64,000 nucleotides of DNA from a virus. Shown piece by piece: positions 59,614 to 64,000 of this stretch; position 1 is the stretch's first letter; each line of letters opens with the position of its first letter. The position numbers and the translations under genes are program-made. The stretch is from positions 1 to 64,000 of the IMG/VR virus record IMGVR_UViG_3300017917_002441. One strand, 5' to 3'. Below the pieces are notes generated by a model. The model saw only the letters and a list, made by a program, of their open reading frames with translations, did no database searches and was not told the origin of the DNA.

Positions 59614-61941
59614 ATGACGCAAATTACAGTTGTTAAACGGAGCGGTCAAAAAGAGCCGCTGGTGATCGAGAAGTGGCAAGCTCAAGTGGCCAAGGTCTGC
59701 AAAGGTATAGCAGATGTTAGTCAAAGCATGATTGAAATCAAGGCACAGCTACATTTCTATGATGGTATTACTACACAAGAGATTGACGGCATTACATTAC
59801 GTGCCATTGTTGACCTTATTGACGTAGAGCAAAATCCTGATGTTGGCCACACCAACTATCAATACGTGGCTGGTAAGCAACGTCTATCAATGTTGAGGAA
59901 GGATGTTTACGGCGACTATACGCCTCCTCACCTCTATGAGATTGTCAAGAAAAACGTCAGCGTGGGTCTTTATACTCCTGAGCTATTAGAGTGGTACAGC
60001 GAGGAAGACTGGAACCGCATGAATGACATGATTGATCATGAAAAAGATGAGCACTATTCATATGCGGCTATTGAACAGCTGATTGAAAAATATCTTGTGC
60101 GCAATCGTGCCACAAAAGAAATTTATGAAACACCTCAGGTGCGATACATGGTTGCGGCTGCAACAGTGATGCACAAAGAGGAACCCAACAGCGCACGTAT
60201 GCGTTTGATCAAGGAGTATTACAATGCGGCTTCTGATGGCCTATTTACTCTTGCTACTCCTGTCCTCGCTGGTCTTGGTACACCTACCAAACAATTTAGT
60301 TCTTGCGTTCTTATTCGCAGTGATGATGATTTGGATAGCATATTTGCTAGCGGAGAAATGATGGCAAAATATGCCAGCAAACGTGCTGGCATTGGCTTAG
60401 AGATTGGTCGACTACGTCCATTGGGCTCGCCTATTAGAGGCGGCGAAATTATGCACACTGGCATGATTCCTTTCTTGAAGAAGTGGTTTGGTGACTTACG
60501 TAGCTGTTCACAAGGTGGCATTAGAAATGCAAGTGCAACAGTGTTTTATCCCATATGGCATCATCAATTTGATGACCTAATTGTATTAAAGAACAATCAG
60601 GGCACAGAAGAAACTCGTGTGCGCCACATGGACTATGGTGTTGTTCTATCTGCGTTCTTTTGGCGTCGTTTTAAGAATCAAGAAAACATTACTTTCTTTG
60701 ATCCTAATCAAGTACCTGACTTGTACGAAGCATTTTATCAAGACACCAAGAAGTTTGAAGAGCTGTATGTAAAATATGAAAAGCGCAATGACTTACGCAA
60801 AAAGGTCATGAGTGCTGAAGAAGTATTCAAAGGTGGTATTCTCAAGGAGAGGACTGATACCGGTCGCATCTATCTAGTGTTTATTGACAACGTCATGAAT
60901 CAAGGACCGTTTGACCCAGAATACCACACAATCTATCAGTCTAACCTATGCTGTGAGATCTTACTACCTACGAAACCATTCAAGCGACTTAACGATCCGG
61001 AAGGCCGAATTGCTCTTTGCACCCTTGGGTCCATTAACTGGGGTGCCTTCCGCAATCCTGAGGACATGCGTCGTGCTTGCCGCATACTCCAGCGTAGCCT
61101 TTGCAATATTCTGGACTATCAAGACTTCTTGAGCATTCAAAGCGAACTCAGCAACAAGGAAATACAGCCCTTGGGTATTGGTATTACAAACCTTGCTTAC
61201 TGGCACGCCAAGCGTGGATTCAAGTATGGAGAACACGATGCACTGGGCGAAGTTAAATCTTGGATGGAACATCAAGCATACTACTTGACTGAAGCCACTG
61301 TTGAATTGGCCAAGGAACGTGGAGCCTGTTTGCATAGTGATCGTACATGGTACGGTAAAGGCGTGTTTCCCTGGGAGCGTAGAGCGCAGGGTGTCAATGC
61401 ATTGGCCGACTTTACACCCGAACTTGACTGGGAACCTTTGCGTGAGCAAATGAAACAGTACGGTGTTCGCAACGCCACACTGATGGCAGTGGCTCCTGTA
61501 GAATCTAGTTCTGTTGTGATCAACTCAACCAATGGTATTGAAATGCCCATGAGTTTGATTACTGTTAAAGAAAGCAAAGCCGGATCACTTACTCAAGTGG
61601 TTCCCGAATATCATAAGCTAAAGAACAAGTACCAGCTAATGTGGGAACAAAAAGACTGCGACGGGTATTTAAAAACAGCCGCAGTGATTGCGGCCTATGT
61701 TGACCAAAGCATTAGTACCAATACATTCTACAATCCCGCACACTTTGCAGACCGTAAGGTCCCTACTACATTGATTGCCAAGAACTTGATGCAAGCACAT
61801 CAGTGGGGATTAAAGACGTTCTACTATAGCTTGATCAACAAGGCTGGAAGTAAGTCTACAAACACACAGCCCAACAACGTGCAGGCCATGGAGCCTGTAA
61901 ATTACGACGATGTTGAAGATTGCGAATCGTGCAAACTATGA
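59614..61941 (+). CDS. nrdA: Ribonucleotide reductase class Ia alpha subunit
   Basis: ATP cone, QFSSC, SNLCCEI, KT.YY and C-terminal CESC. Confidence 0.97.
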   Translation: MTQITVVKRSGQKEPLVIEKWQAQVAKVCKGIADVSQSMIEIKAQLHFYDGITTQEIDGITLRAIVDLIDVEQNPDVGHTNYQYVAGKQRLSMLRKDVYGDYTPPHLYEIVKKNVSVGLYTPELLEWYSEEDWNRMNDMIDHEKDEHYSYAAIEQLIEKYLVRNRATKEIYETPQVRYMVAAATVMHKEEPNSARMRLIKEYYNAASDGLFTLATPVLAGLGTPTKQFSSCVLIRSDDDLDSIFASGEMMAKYASKRAGIGLEIGRLRPLGSPIRGGEIMHTGMIPFLKKWFGDLRSCSQGGIRNASATVFYPIWHHQFDDLIVLKNNQGTEETRVRHMDYGVVLSAFFWRRFKNQENITFFDPNQVPDLYEAFYQDTKKFEELYVKYEKRNDLRKKVMSAEEVFKGGILKERTDTGRIYLVFIDNVMNQGPFDPEYHTIYQSNLCCEILLPTKPFKRLNDPEGRIALCTLGSINWGAFRNPEDMRRACRILQRSLCNILDYQDFLSIQSELSNKEIQPLGIGITNLAYWHAKRGFKYGEHDALGEVKSWMEHQAYYLTEATVELAKERGACLHSDRTWYGKGVFPWERRAQGVNALADFTPELDWEPLREQMKQYGVRNATLMAVAPVESSSVVINSTNGIEMPMSLITVKESKAGSLTQVVPEYHKLKNKYQLMWEQKDCDGYLKTAAVIAAYVDQSISTNTFYNPAHFADRKVPTTLIAKNLMQAHQWGLKTFYYSLINKAGSKSTNTQPNNVQAMEPVNYDDVEDCESCKL

Positions 61942-62630
61942 GGATAGGATTTTTTGGTGATAGCTTTTGTTCTGCCAAAGATACAAGGCAATCATTCAAC
62001 ACCTATATCTACAACATAGAAAAACACTACGGTGCAGACATAGTTAATCTAGGATACGGTGGTAGTTCTATATACGATTTGATAGCAATACAACTCAAGC
62101 CGTATATCAGTGACTTGTTGGATGTATATGTATTTGTGTGGACAGATTCTATGCGAGTGTTTCATAGAAGCATACGCAATTTAAAAAGTAATTTTGTAGG
62201 CAGTAAATCTGATCCAATTGCCAATGCAGTAAGAGATTACTACAAATACATTCACGACGACGAAGTGGCCCATCTTCAGTACGTGGCAACATTGCAATAT
62301 ATTGACAATCATATATTACCCCAGTTGCACAAGGCAAAAATTATACACATGTGGTCGTTTGGAAGGTTACCGCGGCATGCATGGGATAACAAAGAATTTG
62401 ACACAAACGAAATTGAGTATAACCATACATGGAAGAACGGAATAGAAGTACGTCCTCCGCTGATAACATTGGGCATGGTTGACAACAAGATTTCTAAAAC
62501 GTATAATGATCGTGTGCCAAATCACATACATGGTGATGTGTTAAATCAAACTTTGTCAGACATTATTATTGACATTGTTGATAACTATACAACTGCATCG
62601 TCGCCAGTAACTATTAGGAAAAATGCATGA
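61938..62630 (+). CDS. SGNH/GDSL-like protein inserted between nrdA and nrdB
   Basis: FGDSF, NLGYGGSS and NH; ATGA overlaps on both sides. Confidence 0.55.
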   Translation: MRIGFFGDSFCSAKDTRQSFNTYIYNIEKHYGADIVNLGYGGSSIYDLIAIQLKPYISDLLDVYVFVWTDSMRVFHRSIRNLKSNFVGSKSDPIANAVRDYYKYIHDDEVAHLQYVATLQYIDNHILPQLHKAKIIHMWSFGRLPRHAWDNKEFDTNEIEYNHTWKNGIEVRPPLITLGMVDNKISKTYNDRVPNHIHGDVLNQTLSDIIIDIVDNYTTASSPVTIRKNA

Positions 62631-63727
62631 GCAAACAACAATATAATTTAAAAACCAAAACTGACTATCTACATCGCAAGATGTTCCTGGACCCAGCAGG
62701 CCCTGTGACCATTCAACGATTTGAAGAAGTTAAGTACAACAAGATTGCTAAATTTGAGCAAGAAGCTCGTGGCTTCTTCTGGGTACCAGAAGAAATCTCT
62801 CTAACCAAGGATGCCGCAGACTTTAAAGATGCGTCAGACACAGTGCGGCACATCTTTACGTCAAACCTACTGCGTCAAACCGCGCTGGATAGCTTGCAAG
62901 GTCGCGGCCCAAGTCAAATCTTTACCCCTGTGGTAAGTCTGCCAGAACTAGAAGCACTGGTGTACAACTGGACATTCTTTGAAACTAATATTCACAGTCG
63001 TAGTTACAGTCACATCATTCGTAACATTTACAATGTACCTAAAGAAGTGTTTAACACCATTCACGACACTGAAGAGATCGTTGGCATGGCAAGTAGTATT
63101 GGCCGGTATTACGACAAGTTACATGTGTTAAATTGTAACAAAGAGGCAGGATTTCATGTTGACGAACGTGAACACATTCATGCCATTTGGCTGGCACTCA
63201 ACGCCAGCTACGGCTTAGAGGCATTCCGCTTCATGGTGAGTTTTGCTACAAGTCTAGCCATGGTCGAGAATCGTATCTTTATTGGCAACGGCAATATCAT
63301 TAGTTTGATCTTGCAAGACGAAATCTTGCACAAAGAGTGGACTGCTTTCTTGATCAATCAAGTGGTCAAAGAAGATCCTAGATTCAAGGCCGCGCAAGTT
63401 GAATGCGAAGCTGAAGTGTACCAAATGTACCAGGATGTGATCCGTGAAGAAAAGGACTGGGCAGACTACTTGTTCAAAAAAGGTCCAGTGATTGGTCTTA
63501 ACGCCAATATTCTTAAAGACTTTGTGGACTACACAGCCGCAGGTGCGCTAAAGGAAATTGGTATCAAATATCAACATCCAGCACCCAAGACTACACCAAT
63601 CCCTTGGTTCAACAAACACGTTAATACATCAAACAAACAAACTGCACTTCAAGAAAACGAATCAACTAATTATGTTATTGGGGTGTTAAGTGACAATCTC
63701 AACTACGACGAGTTGCCGCAAATTTAA
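62627..63727 (+). CDS. nrdB: Ribonucleotide reductase beta subunit
   Basis: FFW.PEE, E..HSRSY, LEA.RF..SF and DE.LH. Confidence 0.97.
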   Translation: MSKQQYNLKTKTDYLHRKMFLDPAGPVTIQRFEEVKYNKIAKFEQEARGFFWVPEEISLTKDAADFKDASDTVRHIFTSNLLRQTALDSLQGRGPSQIFTPVVSLPELEALVYNWTFFETNIHSRSYSHIIRNIYNVPKEVFNTIHDTEEIVGMASSIGRYYDKLHVLNCNKEAGFHVDEREHIHAIWLALNASYGLEAFRFMVSFATSLAMVENRIFIGNGNIISLILQDEILHKEWTAFLINQVVKEDPRFKAAQVECEAEVYQMYQDVIREEKDWADYLFKKGPVIGLNANILKDFVDYTAAGALKEIGIKYQHPAPKTTPIPWFNKHVNTSNKQTALQENESTNYVIGVLSDNLNYDELPQI

Positions 63728-63743
63728 TTCAAGGAAGAAAGAA

Positions 63744-63971
63744 ATGACCAAAGCCATAGTATGGAGTAAGTATCACTGCCCTTATTGCGATCAAGCCAAA
63801 GCACTGCTAAAGCAAAAAGGAATCGCATTTGAAGAAAAGAAAATTGGTGACGGCTATACCAAAGAAGAACTGTTAGAAGCAGTGCCCACAGCACGTACAG
63901 TGCCACAGATTTTCCTTGATGGAAAATTAATTGGCGGATTTACCGAACTCAAACAACATTTACAAGGATAA
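63744..63971 (+). CDS. Glutaredoxin
   Basis: CPYC, TVPQIF and IGGF. Confidence 0.93.
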   Translation: MTKAIVWSKYHCPYCDQAKALLKQKGIAFEEKKIGDGYTKEELLEAVPTARTVPQIFLDGKLIGGFTELKQHLQG

Positions 63972-64000
63972 CATGAATATCAACACCGGAGAAGTTTACA

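Noticed and set aside
61938-62630. Homing endonuclease or intron between nrdA and nrdB
   Set aside because: No HNH, GIY-YIG or LAGLIDADG motif, and both nrd genes are uninterrupted.
63973-64000. Start of a further ORF (MNINTGEVY...)
   Set aside because: Truncated by the window edge; too short to assign.

Overview
A 64 kb segment of a large T4-like (myovirus) dsDNA phage genome in the standard genetic code, densely coding and mostly on the + strand. Core genes: tail sheath and tube, head-completion nuclease, both terminase subunits, gp32-like SSB, UvsX/UvsY/UvsW, probable clamp-loader small subunit, primase, DnaB-like helicase, exonuclease, nrdA/nrdB/glutaredoxin and tail/baseplate proteins. 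Accessory content: a ~10 kb glycan biosynthesis island (23.9-33.8 kb), dispersed paralogous GT-like, SGNH-like and radical SAM genes inserted between core genes, iscU/iscA, a prepilin-like gene, and a cluster of strong sigma70 promoters (33.8-34.6 kb). The best candidates for new biology are four. (1) A set of probable capsid-packaged proteins with T4-like capsid-targeting N-termini and repeated hydrophobic-X-E protease sites, including a 624-aa fusion of a PolX-like nucleotidyltransferase and a ligase-type adenylation domain. (2) A 192-aa miniature DnaE that keeps all three catalytic aspartates. (3) A glycosylation island with late-promoter motifs. (4) Many apparently leaderless transcripts. 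All assignments come from reading motifs by eye; no searches were run. No tRNA, CRISPR array, intron or intein was recognised.
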